The notes beneath the pieces are model-generated. The model made no database searches and had not been told where the DNA came from. It saw only the letters and a list, made by a program, of their open reading frames with translations. Positions 47,038-56,033 of a stretch of DNA of 64,000 nt are shown in pieces. Each line of letters starts with the position of its first letter. Within the stretch, counting starts at the first letter, position 1. The stretch is from Bacilli bacterium (GTDB lineage Bacteria; Bacillota_I; Bacilli_A; RFN20; CAG-826). The translations under genes were made by a program, and so were the position numbers. The stretch covers positions 74,674 to 138,673 of the forward strand of contig JAKSUV010000003.1 of assembly GCA_024408655.1 (NCBI GenBank), read 5' to 3'.

Positions 47038-47940
47038 CTACTCAGGGTGCACCGTAAAACTAATAATTTCCGGATTACAATTAATGCGAATCGGCAGCAT
47101 CGCGCTATAGCCTAAACCACGTGAGACATAAAGTTTCTTGGTATCACCATCACCATCTTGATAATCATATTCACCACCAACATAGTTGAAGGTTCCGCCG
47201 GGGATTGAAAAAGTTGACCAACCACCAAGGACAATTTGTCCACCATGACTATGCCCCGCAAACATCGCGTCAAACTTATATTCGCCATATAGATCAACTA
47301 GTTCTGGACGATGTTCCAATAAAATATTGAATCCGCTAGTTTCAATATCAAATTTTTCAAGAGAGTTCGCTAAATGCCCGGGATTTTTGTCGAAATGATT
47401 ATAGCCCTCATAATCAAAACTTGGATCGTGCAACCCATATAAAAATATATTGTCGCCAAGTTCGACTCTTTTATCTTCATCGGCATCGCCACTTCCACCA
47501 ATGATATGGAAATTATCATTATTTGCAAAGTGCGCAACAAATTCATCATATAGCTCTCTTGCCTTATCTTCGTGGTTACCCGTTACATAATAAATTGGAT
47601 AACTAGATAAACCATCAACAAGTTTATCCATCACGGGAAACGGGTCTTTATCAGCGCGCTCAATATGATCGTCGATCATATCACCAATCATAAAAACCGC
47701 TTCTGGTTCTTCTTGTTTAATTGTGTCAACTAAGTTAACACCACCTTCAAAGGTTAAATCCCGGTGATGTAAATCGCTGATAACAACATAAGTGTGAGGT
47801 TGCGTTACTTTACTACTAGCAAGTTCATAACGACGCACCATTAATTTATCACTATGCATCACGCATAAAGTTAACCCCGTAATACCAAGGGCAACCATAA
47901 TATAACAGAAGATTCGTAACAACCGTTTTAAAACATTCAT
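47038..47940 (-). CDS. membrane-anchored metallophosphoesterase
   Basis: ISDLHH, GDMIDD, GNHE and GHSHGGQ motifs, with an N-terminal TM segment. Confidence 0.8.
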   Translation of the reverse strand: MNVLKRLLRIFCYIMVALGITGLTLCVMHSDKLMVRRYELASSKVTQPHTYVVISDLHHRDLTFEGGVNLVDTIKQEEPEAVFMIGDMIDDHIERADKDPFPVMDKLVDGLSSYPIYYVTGNHEDKARELYDEFVAHFANNDNFHIIGGSGDADEDKRVELGDNIFLYGLHDPSFDYEGYNHFDKNPGHLANSLEKFDIETSGFNILLEHRPELVDLYGEYKFDAMFAGHSHGGQIVLGGWSTFSIPGGTFNYVGGEYDYQDGDGDTKKLYVSRGLGYSAMLPIRINCNPEIISFTVHPE

Positions 47941-47960
47941 AGCATTATTTTATAACAAAA

Positions 47961-47979
47961 AGCACTCCCTAGGAGTGCT
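47961..47979 (-). terminator. intrinsic terminator
   Basis: AGCACTCC-CTA-GGAGTGCT flanked by A and T runs. Confidence 0.75.
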
Positions 47980-47986
47980 CTTTTTA

Positions 47987-48286
47987 TTAAACTGGTAAGA
48001 AATAAAGAATAATAACGACGATCACGCCGAGCATTAACATCGCATGAACCACCAGGAAAACTAATGAAGAAGCATTGTGGTGGCTCTTATAATCCATGAT
48101 GCTAATAATTAGCCCGCTACCGACCGCGCAAAACGCTAAACATAAGAAAATTAAGAAGAGAATAAAACCGGTCGCCGTGCCGACATACCATTCTTCAAAA
48201 GTAGCAACAAATAAAGTGAGTACAGACACAATCGCGATGATAATTTCGCTCACCAAGTATTTAGTCGGACTTTTCTTATTTTCCAT
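47987..48286 (-). CDS. small membrane protein (3 TM), unknown function
   Basis: The first ATG is at 48286 (MENKKSPTKY..), with TATAAT 7 nt upstream and no SD. Confidence 0.45.
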   Translation of the reverse strand: MENKKSPTKYLVSEIIIAIVSVLTLFVATFEEWYVGTATGFILFLIFLCLAFCAVGSGLIISIMDYKSHHNASSLVFLVVHAMLMLGVIVVIILYFLPV

Positions 48287-48304
48287 AGCCAATATTATAA
48301 CTTA

Positions 48305-48436
48305 TTAATCTTCCCGGTTTTTGTGTTTCTTTTTCCGCGTATATTTACTCCGGTCACGAAAAGTTTGTGACTTCGTTTTACCCCACATGGCCTTGGCGTT
48401 AGGATCACGTAATTTAAGCAGTGAAGACTTCTTCAT
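48305..48436 (-). CDS. candidate 43-aa highly basic small protein coupled to dnaI
   Basis: MKKSSLLKLRDPNAKAMWGKTKSQTFRDRSKYTRKKKHKNRED. Its ATG overlaps the dnaI stop (TAATG). It falls below the ORF-track size cut-off. Confidence 0.3.
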   Translation of the reverse strand: MKKSSLLKLRDPNAKAMWGKTKSQTFRDRSKYTRKKKHKNRED

Positions 48437-49341
48437 TAATACACTCCGACATTAGAAATATCAATGGCTTCGCCCGCTAAATCTTCAAGGAGATTTTTTA
48501 GTTGTTTTCCCCGAGCGCGACCACTCGCGTTTAACGCGTACATATTCGCTAAATCTTCATAACTAAATTCACTGGTAAAAATAGTCATTAAGCCTAAACG
48601 AGCCCGTTCGTTAAGAATTGCTAATGTGACTGAGTCACGAATATATTCACTTTTATATTCATTACCAAAATCATCCAGCACTAATAAATCCACCGTTGAA
48701 TATAGACCCATTAATTTAAAGAAATCTTCTTTATTGCCATACGATAAATCTAAGAGTTCTTTTACGCGGTTAGGGTAATTGATAAAGGCGACTGGGCGTT
48801 TCTTAATTTGGTTAAAGTAATTAATTAAAGTCGCCGCCACAAAGGATTTACCCGAACGGTGATTACCCGTAATAAAGAGCCAGTTAGCGTGCGCGTCAAG
48901 CGCTTCCTTATAGCGTTTAATCAGTTTTAAGCGTTGTTTACTTTTATCCATTAATGGGATGGTCGAATCGCGCCACTCCGCCGGAAAGTCACGGACGAGA
49001 TAAGCTTCATCTTGAATCATATCATCGAGTTTATGTTTACAGGGTTTTAAATCGTTATTCACCATGAAGCCGTCGTAAGTTAAATCTAAAACATAATGTG
49101 GCCGCTCTTTATTACATAAAGCAAAACCTGGACACTTCTTACAATAATCGCGGTCCTCTTTAAAACGCGTGATCGCGGAAATGTTACTCCGAATTAATTC
49201 ATCCGTATTTAAACCATGCATAGATAAATAACGCATTAATTGTTCATCAGCTTTGACCGCTTTCACGAGTGAATCAATATAGTTTTCAACACTCGCGTCG
49301 CTTTTGATTTTTTTGCCTTTTAATAGTTGAAACTCTGCCAT
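48436..49341 (-). CDS. dnaI: primosomal helicase loader DnaI
   Basis: An N-terminal Cys-rich region (CKKCPGFALC...C) plus AAA+ Walker A (GNHRSGKSF) and Walker B (LVLDDFG). Confidence 0.85.
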   Translation of the reverse strand: MAEFQLLKGKKIKSDASVENYIDSLVKAVKADEQLMRYLSMHGLNTDELIRSNISAITRFKEDRDYCKKCPGFALCNKERPHYVLDLTYDGFMVNNDLKPCKHKLDDMIQDEAYLVRDFPAEWRDSTIPLMDKSKQRLKLIKRYKEALDAHANWLFITGNHRSGKSFVAATLINYFNQIKKRPVAFINYPNRVKELLDLSYGNKEDFFKLMGLYSTVDLLVLDDFGNEYKSEYIRDSVTLAILNERARLGLMTIFTSEFSYEDLANMYALNASGRARGKQLKNLLEDLAGEAIDISNVGVY

Positions 49342-49342
49342 A

Positions 49343-50620
49343 TTATTTTCCTTTAAAACTCTTTAAAACATCTTCGTATTCGGCCTCATCGTAGCTATTA
49401 TCATCGTGATTAACTGGGGTCTTACCGCGTTTCGTCTTCGCTTCATTAAAGCGAGGAGAAATGGGTCGTGCCTCAAAATAATTCATCGCATCTAAGGCAG
49501 TCGTAATCTTCTCGCGTCTTAACGAAGACGCCACTTTCTCCACATAATTTTTATTTAAACGGTTGTTACACATCTTTAAGCAATAACTAATTAAAGCATT
49601 AATGACACCATGACTTAAACCCATGTTTTCACTAAGATAATTAATAAGATTTAAATCCGCGGTAACCGGCGCGACACCATCTTGTTTACTTTGTAAATAC
49701 ATCTTGGGTGAGATTTCTTCCATAAGTTTAAGTTCATCCGCTAAAGCAGTGCGACCCGAGATTTTAATATAGGTTTGGCCTTTATTAACTTTCCGAGCAA
49801 TGGTTGAGAACTTAGCTTGATTAATCGCCCGTTCTTTTAAAGCGTTTAGATCGACCCGGTTCCCTTTCTTATTCCGTTCGTTAAAGGATTGCATTACAAT
49901 ATCCGCCATTGTAATTACATCTAAACCATAAAGCGTCGCAATCCGTTCAATTTCGGTTACTTCCGCTTTTGAGAAGGCTTCTTCACTCACCATTAAAGCG
50001 GTCTTTAAATGAGTAAAGAAATCTTCGTAAGAGAATTGGGTATCAACTTTTAAGGCTTTGTTATCTTTTAAGTTGGTTGGCATCTTCGCGTCAAAACTCG
50101 CATCGTTTAAATCGGGTTGGAAGACATCAACAAAACTAGCGGAGACATCTTTATAACCATCAAGATTTAGTTTGCTCTTATAGTGTAACGCTAATTTGGT
50201 GGCTTCCTTTTCCCCAAGATAACGCACTAGTAAGCCTTTAAAAAGCACATCACTAAAGAAGTCTTTTGGGGATTTTGGCGCGTAAATAACGTAGGTATAT
50301 TTCTTTAAATCATCTTCCACTTTAAGATAAGTTTTAATTAACCCCGCCGCTTCTAAGGCTTTCCGGGCTTGTAAAAAATCGCTCGCCGTTATTTGCATTA
50401 ACGTAAAGAAATATTCATGGGGAAAGAGTTCATTCTCAGAGCGTTCCATATAGTTCACCAACGTAAAATAGAGCATACACGCTTTATAACCGACAAGTGG
50501 TTGATAAAGCCGGGCGATGACATCAAAATCCACGTCACTAATGACGCTAGCGCCAACCACTTCTAGATAATCCTTACTGGCTAAGTATTCCATAACGAGT
50601 AGTGAGATAGATAATAGCAT
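49343..50620 (-). CDS. dnaB: replication initiation/membrane attachment protein (Bacillus DnaB-type, DnaD-like domains)
   Basis: ARLYQPLVGYKACMLYFTL.. and ..VINALISYCL.. are DnaB_2-type repeats. It sits directly upstream of dnaI. An AAGGA SD precedes ATG 50620; an alternative start is at 50593. Confidence 0.7.
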   Translation of the reverse strand: MLLSISLLVMEYLASKDYLEVVGASVISDVDFDVIARLYQPLVGYKACMLYFTLVNYMERSENELFPHEYFFTLMQITASDFLQARKALEAAGLIKTYLKVEDDLKKYTYVIYAPKSPKDFFSDVLFKGLLVRYLGEKEATKLALHYKSKLNLDGYKDVSASFVDVFQPDLNDASFDAKMPTNLKDNKALKVDTQFSYEDFFTHLKTALMVSEEAFSKAEVTEIERIATLYGLDVITMADIVMQSFNERNKKGNRVDLNALKERAINQAKFSTIARKVNKGQTYIKISGRTALADELKLMEEISPKMYLQSKQDGVAPVTADLNLINYLSENMGLSHGVINALISYCLKMCNNRLNKNYVEKVASSLRREKITTALDAMNYFEARPISPRFNEAKTKRGKTPVNHDDNSYDEAEYEDVLKSFKGK

Positions 50621-50675
50621 AATCTTTTTTTCCTTGCTAAAGAAAGTAAGTATTTATAATACTTCCCGGACAAAA

Positions 50676-50775
50676 AGTGGAGAATTTTCCACCAAATAAG
50701 TGACCATAAAAAGTGGTATTTTTTGACTTTTCGTAACTTTTCCACAAAATACACTTAAGTAAAGAGAAATCCACC
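50676..50775. promoter_or_regulatory. cluster of DnaA-box-like motifs in the dnaB / pfkA divergent region
   Basis: TTTTCCACA at 50738-50746 (1 mismatch to TTATCCACA). Weaker matches are TTTTCCACC (50685-50693), TTCTCCACT (minus strand, 50676-50684) and AAATCCACC (50767-50775). Confidence 0.3.
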
Positions 50776-50845
50776 TTAACCGAAGTTTTTTATTATAAAA
50801 ATAAAAAAATGGATTATAATTTTAACCGTAGAGAGATATTTTTTT

Positions 50846-51808
50846 ATGGCAAAACGAGTTGGCGTATTAACAAGCGGTGGCGATGCTCCAGGCATGAACG
50901 CTGCCATCCGGGCGGTCGTCCGGGCCGGTTTACGAAACGGCTGCGAAATGTATGTAATTTTTGAAGGCTATAAGGGCCTAGTCGAAAATAACATTTATAA
51001 AGTTGATCGGAGCGCCGTGAGTGAAATCATTTCGCGCGGTGGCACCGTTTTAAAAAGCGCGCGTCTACCCGAATTTAAAGATATTAATGTTCGTAAGAAA
51101 GCAATTGCTAATTTAAGAAAAAATAAAATTGATGCGCTCGTTTGTATCGGTGGCGATGGTACCTATATGGGCGCAATGCGCTTAACCGAAATGGGCATTA
51201 ATTGTATTGGTGTGCCCGGAACGATTGATAACGATATCGCTAGTACTGACTACACGATTGGTTTTGATACTTGCTTAAATACGATTGTCGAATGTACCGA
51301 TAAGATTCGTGACACCACTGAATCACACCAACGTTGTTCGATTGTGGAAGTCATGGGCCGCCGGTGTGGTGATTTAGCCCTTTTTGCGGGTATCGCCGAA
51401 GGCGTCGATATGATTATTACTCCTGATCACCCGATTAGTGACCAAGACATTATCGAGAATTTAAAAGAGTGGAAAAAGGCGGGTAAAAAGCACGTCATGA
51501 TGATTGTGAGCGAAAATATCTACGCTAATATTGCAGCGTTTGCGGCGCAGATTACGAAAGAAACTGGCTATGAATGCCGGGCCGAAGTGTTAGGTCGAAT
51601 CCAACGCGGTGGCTCACCAAGCGCCCAAGACCGGGTCTTAGCAGCGCGCCTTGGCGCTCACGCAATTGATTTAATTATGGAAGGTAAAGGCGGTCTTTGT
51701 GTTGGTTTAATCAACAATAAAGTCGTTCATTACGATATTAACGAAGCCCTTCAATTACCACGCGATAAGCACATGAATTTACTTCGCTTGATTGATTTAT
51801 TAAAATAA
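50846..51808 (+). CDS. pfkA: ATP-dependent 6-phosphofructokinase
   Basis: TSGGDAPGMNAAIR, GGDGT, PGTIDND. Confidence 0.96.
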   Translation: MAKRVGVLTSGGDAPGMNAAIRAVVRAGLRNGCEMYVIFEGYKGLVENNIYKVDRSAVSEIISRGGTVLKSARLPEFKDINVRKKAIANLRKNKIDALVCIGGDGTYMGAMRLTEMGINCIGVPGTIDNDIASTDYTIGFDTCLNTIVECTDKIRDTTESHQRCSIVEVMGRRCGDLALFAGIAEGVDMIITPDHPISDQDIIENLKEWKKAGKKHVMMIVSENIYANIAAFAAQITKETGYECRAEVLGRIQRGGSPSAQDRVLAARLGAHAIDLIMEGKGGLCVGLINNKVVHYDINEALQLPRDKHMNLLRLIDLLK

Positions 51809-51813
51809 GTTTT

Positions 51814-53538
51814 ATGGAAATTAGTAAAGATATTCTTAATCATAGTAGCGCGCATTTATTAGCGCATGCTATCCATCGTCTTTATCCCAAAGCGTTATTC
51901 GCGATTGGACCAAGCATTGATGAAGGCTTTTATTATGACATTGATTTTAACGATGTCGTTTTAACAGAAAACGATTTCGCCAAAATTGAAGCGGAAATGA
52001 AAAAGATTGTGAAAGAAAATATTAAAATAGTCCGCCAAGAAATTAGTAAAGACGAAGCGCTTAAATTATTCAAAGATAATCCGTATAAAACCGAACTCAT
52101 TAAAGAACTTAAAGACGATGAAAAAATTTCGATTTATACCCAAGGTGACTTCACCGATTTATGTCGTGGTCCCCATGTTGGTTATACAGGTAATCTTAAA
52201 CATTTTAAACTCCTTAGTTTAGCTGGCGCTTATTGGCGGGGTGATAGTAAGAATAAACAGCTCACAAGAATCTATGGCACAAGTGCGAAAACTAAAGAAG
52301 AATTAGATAATTATCTAAAACTCCTAGAAGAAAGAAAAGCGCGTGACCACCGGAAACTTGGTAAAGAGATGGGTTTATTTATGATCTCCGAATTTGGCCC
52401 TGGTTTCCCCTTCTGGCTCCCAAAAGGGATGATTATCCGTAATGAACTCGAGAATTTCTGGTATCAAAAACACGCGGATGAAGGTTATGTGTTTGTCAAA
52501 ACTCCTACAATGCTCAGTAAAGAACTCTGGATCACGAGCGGCCATTGGGCGAACTATAAAGATAATATGTACACGAGCAAGATTGACGATAAAGAATTTG
52601 CGATTAAACCAATGAACTGCCCCGGCGGCATGCTCATTTATAAAAATGTTTTACATTCTTATAAAGATTTACCCATTCGGATGGGTGAATTAGGTTTAGT
52701 CCACCGTAACGAAGCAAGTGGCGCTCTCGCGGGCTTATTCCGCGTAAGAACCTTCACCCAAGATGATGCTCATATCTTCTGCCGGAAAGATCAATTACAA
52801 GATGAAATTAAACGGATGCTTAAACTTTACGATGAGATGTATTCGTTATTTAATCTTGATTACTCCATTGAATTATCAACGCGCCCGGAAAAGAAATATA
52901 TTGGTGATATTAAAATCTGGAACGAATCCGAAAAGATTCTTGAAGAAGCGATGAAAGCGAGTGGTAAACCCTATAAGATTAACGCGGGTGATGGTGCTTT
53001 CTATGGCCCGAAACTCGACTTTAAGATTCGTGATTCAATGAACCGGATTTGGCAGTGCGGAACTATTCAACTTGATATGAATTTACCCGAACGGTTTGAT
53101 TTAACTTATGTTGATGAAAACAATAATAAAGTTCGGCCGATTATGCTCCACCGCGCTTTATTTGGTAGTATCGAACGCTTCATTGGTATTTTAATTGAAC
53201 ACTATGGCGGCGCTTTCCCAGTTTGGCTCGCCCCCGAACAAGTGCGAGTTTTACCAGTCAATAATGAATTCCATTTAGCCCACGCTAAGAAAGTAGTCGA
53301 AGCCATGAAAGCGGAACATATCCGAGTGAAGTTAGATGATAGTAACGAAAAACTTGGTTACCGGTTAAGAAACGCTCAAGTGATGAAAGTGCCTTATACG
53401 GTCGTGATTGGTGATAAAGAAAAAGAAAACGGCACGCTTACTTACCGGAAGTTTGGCGAACAAGCACAAACAACTGTTAAACAAGACGAATTTATTAAAT
53501 TAGTTTTAGATACGATTAAGCAAAAGAAAAAAGCTTAA
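51814..53538 (+). CDS. thrS: threonine--tRNA ligase lacking the N-terminal TGS domain
   Basis: It starts directly at the editing-domain HSSAHLLAHAI motif. Class II core strings HRNEASGALAGLFRVRTFTQDDAHIF and GTIQLD are present; 574 aa. Confidence 0.93.
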   Translation: MEISKDILNHSSAHLLAHAIHRLYPKALFAIGPSIDEGFYYDIDFNDVVLTENDFAKIEAEMKKIVKENIKIVRQEISKDEALKLFKDNPYKTELIKELKDDEKISIYTQGDFTDLCRGPHVGYTGNLKHFKLLSLAGAYWRGDSKNKQLTRIYGTSAKTKEELDNYLKLLEERKARDHRKLGKEMGLFMISEFGPGFPFWLPKGMIIRNELENFWYQKHADEGYVFVKTPTMLSKELWITSGHWANYKDNMYTSKIDDKEFAIKPMNCPGGMLIYKNVLHSYKDLPIRMGELGLVHRNEASGALAGLFRVRTFTQDDAHIFCRKDQLQDEIKRMLKLYDEMYSLFNLDYSIELSTRPEKKYIGDIKIWNESEKILEEAMKASGKPYKINAGDGAFYGPKLDFKIRDSMNRIWQCGTIQLDMNLPERFDLTYVDENNNKVRPIMLHRALFGSIERFIGILIEHYGGAFPVWLAPEQVRVLPVNNEFHLAHAKKVVEAMKAEHIRVKLDDSNEKLGYRLRNAQVMKVPYTVVIGDKEKENGTLTYRKFGEQAQTTVKQDEFIKLVLDTIKQKKKA

Positions 53539-53562
53539 TTATATATCAACATTCACTTTTAC

Positions 53563-53592
53563 TTGCATTCTTTTCCCTACGTGTGCTATCAT
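53563..53592 (+). promoter_or_regulatory. promoter of the infC-rpmI-rplT operon
   Basis: TTGCAT - 18 nt - TGcTATCAT (extended -10). Confidence 0.6.
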
Positions 53593-53598
53593 TTGACG

Positions 53599-53721
53599 CA
53601 GTTAAGAAAGTAGAAAGTTCCACACCTGGACACCAGATCTACTAAGTAGATTGGTAAAAGCTACATAAGTAACTTATTAGTTACGTATGAGTATGGGTGC
53701 GGAAGCATCCATTTTTCTTTT
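53599..53721 (+). ncRNA. structured leader with attenuator, probable L20-type ribosomal-protein leader
   Basis: It lies upstream of infC-rpmI-rplT. Hairpins are CCAGATCTAC-TAA-GTAGATTGG and GTAACT-TATT-AGTTAC. The terminator ATGGGTGC-GGAA-GCATCCAT (53693-53712) is followed by TTTTTCTTTT. Confidence 0.5.
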
Positions 53722-53739
53722 CGAAGGAGGATTAAACTT

Positions 53740-54297
53740 ATACCTTATTATCAACAACCTGGTCGCTTACCAGTCAAAAAAGATACCGACTTAGTCAATG
53801 AACGAGTTCGGTTCCCCAGCGTCATGCTAATTGGTCCAAATGGTGAACAATTAGGCGTGATGAGTAGCCGTGAGGCCTACGAACGAGCAGTCGATTATGA
53901 TCTTGATTTGCTCTGTGTCGCGCCAAACGCGAAACCGCCTGTGTGCAAGATTCTCAATTACGGTAAATACCGCTTTGAAGCCCAAAAGAAGGCCAAAGAG
54001 AATAAACGTAATCAAGCACTCCACATGGTGGAACTCAAAGAAATTCAACTCACCCCGCAAATTGGTGAACACGATTTACTCACCAAGGTAAACCGGGCAA
54101 AAGAATTCCTCACTAAGGGAGACAAAGTGAAGGTTGTACTTCGTTATCGCGGCCGTCAAATGGCGCATATCGAAGTTGGTGAAGAAGTGTTAAATAAGTT
54201 TATTAATTACCTGAGTGAAGTCTCAACCGTGGAACGGCCTGGCAAAATGGAAGGTCGCTTCATGATTGCGATTCTCGCTAGCAAATTTAAAAAGTAG
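53740..54297 (+). CDS. infC: translation initiation factor IF-3 (non-AUG start)
   Basis: IF-3 homology (DLVNERVRFPSVMLIGPNGEQLGV) extends upstream of the first ATG (53824). The in-frame ATA at 53740 lies 9 nt after GAAGGAGG; ATT at 53731 is an alternative. The region 53824-54297 is certain. Confidence 0.85.
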   Translation: MPYYQQPGRLPVKKDTDLVNERVRFPSVMLIGPNGEQLGVMSSREAYERAVDYDLDLLCVAPNAKPPVCKILNYGKYRFEAQKKAKENKRNQALHMVELKEIQLTPQIGEHDLLTKVNRAKEFLTKGDKVKVVLRYRGRQMAHIEVGEEVLNKFINYLSEVSTVERPGKMEGRFMIAILASKFKK

Positions 54298-54307
54298 GAG
54301 GTTATTT

Positions 54308-54499
54308 ATGCCAAAAATGAAAACCAAACGCGCTTTAAAGAAACGCGTAAGAATTACCGGTACCGGTAAAATGAAAAGACATTGTGCTTTTAAAGGCCAT
54401 TTAGCGCCAAGAAAAACCACAAAACAAAAGAGACATCTTCGGAACGCTCGCTTAGTGAGCCACGCGGACTTTAAGCGTGAGAAGAATCTCATTCAATAA
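54308..54499 (+). CDS. rpmI: 50S ribosomal protein L35
   Basis: MPKMKTKRALKKRVRITGTGKMKR...; GGAGG SD. Confidence 0.95.
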   Translation: MPKMKTKRALKKRVRITGTGKMKRHCAFKGHLAPRKTTKQKRHLRNARLVSHADFKREKNLIQ

Positions 54500-54510
54500 G
54501 GAGGTAACTT

Positions 54511-54879
54511 ATGCGTGTCAAAGGTGGAACCGTTGCTCATCGTCGGAGAAAAAAGGTCTTAAAAAAGGCGAGTGGTTACTTTGGTAGTAAGCACACCCTC
54601 TTTAAAACCGCGAAAGAACAAGTTTTACGTGGCGAACGTTATAGCTACATTAACCGTAAACAATTAAAGAGCGATTATCGTAAGCTTTGGATTAAGCGGA
54701 TTAACGCGGCGTGCCATGAGAACAATATTTCTTATAACCGCTTTATGTCGGGTTTAAAGAACGCGAAGGTGAACATTAACCGGAAAATGCTTAGCGAATT
54801 AGCGATTAATGATCCAACCGCTTTTAAAGAGTTAGTAAAACTAGCTAACGCGAATCAAAAAGCGGCGAAGAAAAACTAA
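54511..54879 (+). CDS. rplT: 50S ribosomal protein L20
   Basis: [25 protein letters not shown]...; AGGAGG SD. Confidence 0.96.
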   Translation: MRVKGGTVAHRRRKKVLKKASGYFGSKHTLFKTAKEQVLRGERYSYINRKQLKSDYRKLWIKRINAACHENNISYNRFMSGLKNAKVNINRKMLSELAINDPTAFKELVKLANANQKAAKKN

Positions 54880-56033
54880 TTAATTGTAATAACTTTTATC
54901 TTGTCTAACGCTTCCTTAATAAGTGAAGCGAAATCGAATTTCTCCTCATAAAACAGAACCTCGTGCAAACGGGGTTTTGTTTTTGGGTTTTTAGGCGCAA
55001 AGATTGTACAACAATCTTCGTATGGCCGAATTGAGATATCGTAAGTATTAATTTGTTTCGCAATTTTAATAATGTCTAATTTATCCATTACCGCGAGGGG
55101 ACGAATGATTGGTAAACTCGCTACTTTTTCAATCACACCCATTGAATCAAGCGTTTGGCTTGCCACTTGGCCGATTGATTCACCATTCGCGATTGCTAAA
55201 CAATTAAGTTTCTCCGCTAACGCGTTAGCGAGGCGATACATCATCCGGCGCATAATCGTAATCGCGTATGATTCATCCGCGACTTCGTAGATCTTAGTTT
55301 GGATTTTGGTAAATGGCACAATGTGTAAACGAATCTTATATTGATAACGATTTAACTCGTGAAGAATATCAGTAAGTTTATCAATTACCGCTTCGCTTGT
55401 ATAAGGAGGAGAGGCGAAATGAATACATTCCACAATCACGCCGCGTTTCATTAGTAAATAAGTCGCGACGGGTGAATCAATTCCACCGGATAACATCATT
55501 ACCGCTTTTCCAGCCACACCGATTGGATAACCACCACTAGCTAAAATCGTTTTAGTTGATAAATAGGTGCCTTCATCCCGCACTTCAATGGCGAGTTTAA
55601 TATCCGGCTGATGAACATCAACTTTGTAGGTAGTGTTTTTTAAAATCACCGGCGCCACTTCACGAATAATCTCATCACTAATTAATGGGAAACGTTTGTT
55701 GCTCCGCTTACAAGTTACTTTAAATGTTTTGCCTTCGCTTTCTTTCATTAACATTAAAGCAGTCTTCTTAATCAGTTCAATATCACTTTCAATTTTTATC
55801 ACTAAACTGAGTGCTTGAATACCGCTAATGTCTTTTAAAATATTAAGAATTGGTTCGTAGTCTTCATCGTGAAGATTTACATAAATATGATCATAAAGAA
55901 CATCGTAAGTTAAAGAGGTGAAACTCTTTAAAGCGTGCTTAATATTGCGCGCTAGCATGTTGACAAAATCTTTCTTGTTTTTGCCTTTCGTGCTTAATTC
56001 ACCAAAGCGCACCATGATGCTCGTGTATTTCAT
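54876..56033 (-). CDS. thiI: tRNA 4-thiouridine synthase ThiI (no rhodanese domain)
   Basis: An N-terminal ferredoxin-like/THUMP region plus the PP-loop SGGIDSPVA; 385 aa. Confidence 0.9.
   Translation of the reverse strand: MKYTSIMVRFGELSTKGKNKKDFVNMLARNIKHALKSFTSLTYDVLYDHIYVNLHDEDYEPILNILKDISGIQALSLVIKIESDIELIKKTALMLMKESEGKTFKVTCKRSNKRFPLISDEIIREVAPVILKNTTYKVDVHQPDIKLAIEVRDEGTYLSTKTILASGGYPIGVAGKAVMMLSGGIDSPVATYLLMKRGVIVECIHFASPPYTSEAVIDKLTDILHELNRYQYKIRLHIVPFTKIQTKIYEVADESYAITIMRRMMYRLANALAEKLNCLAIANGESIGQVASQTLDSMGVIEKVASLPIIRPLAVMDKLDIIKIAKQINTYDISIRPYEDCCTIFAPKNPKTKPRLHEVLFYEEKFDFASLIKEALDKIKVITIN

Noticed and set aside
50712-50720. A fifth DnaA-box-like site (AGTGGTATT).
   Set aside because: Only the GTGG core matches, with 5 of 9 mismatches to the consensus, so it was not counted in the cluster.
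53539-53740. A possible T-box leader, which is commonly found with thrS.
   Set aside because: The structured region lies downstream of thrS, not upstream of it, and lacks the GGTGGTACCGCG box. It fits an L20-type leader for infC-rpmI-rplT instead. thrS itself has only a 5-nt upstream gap.
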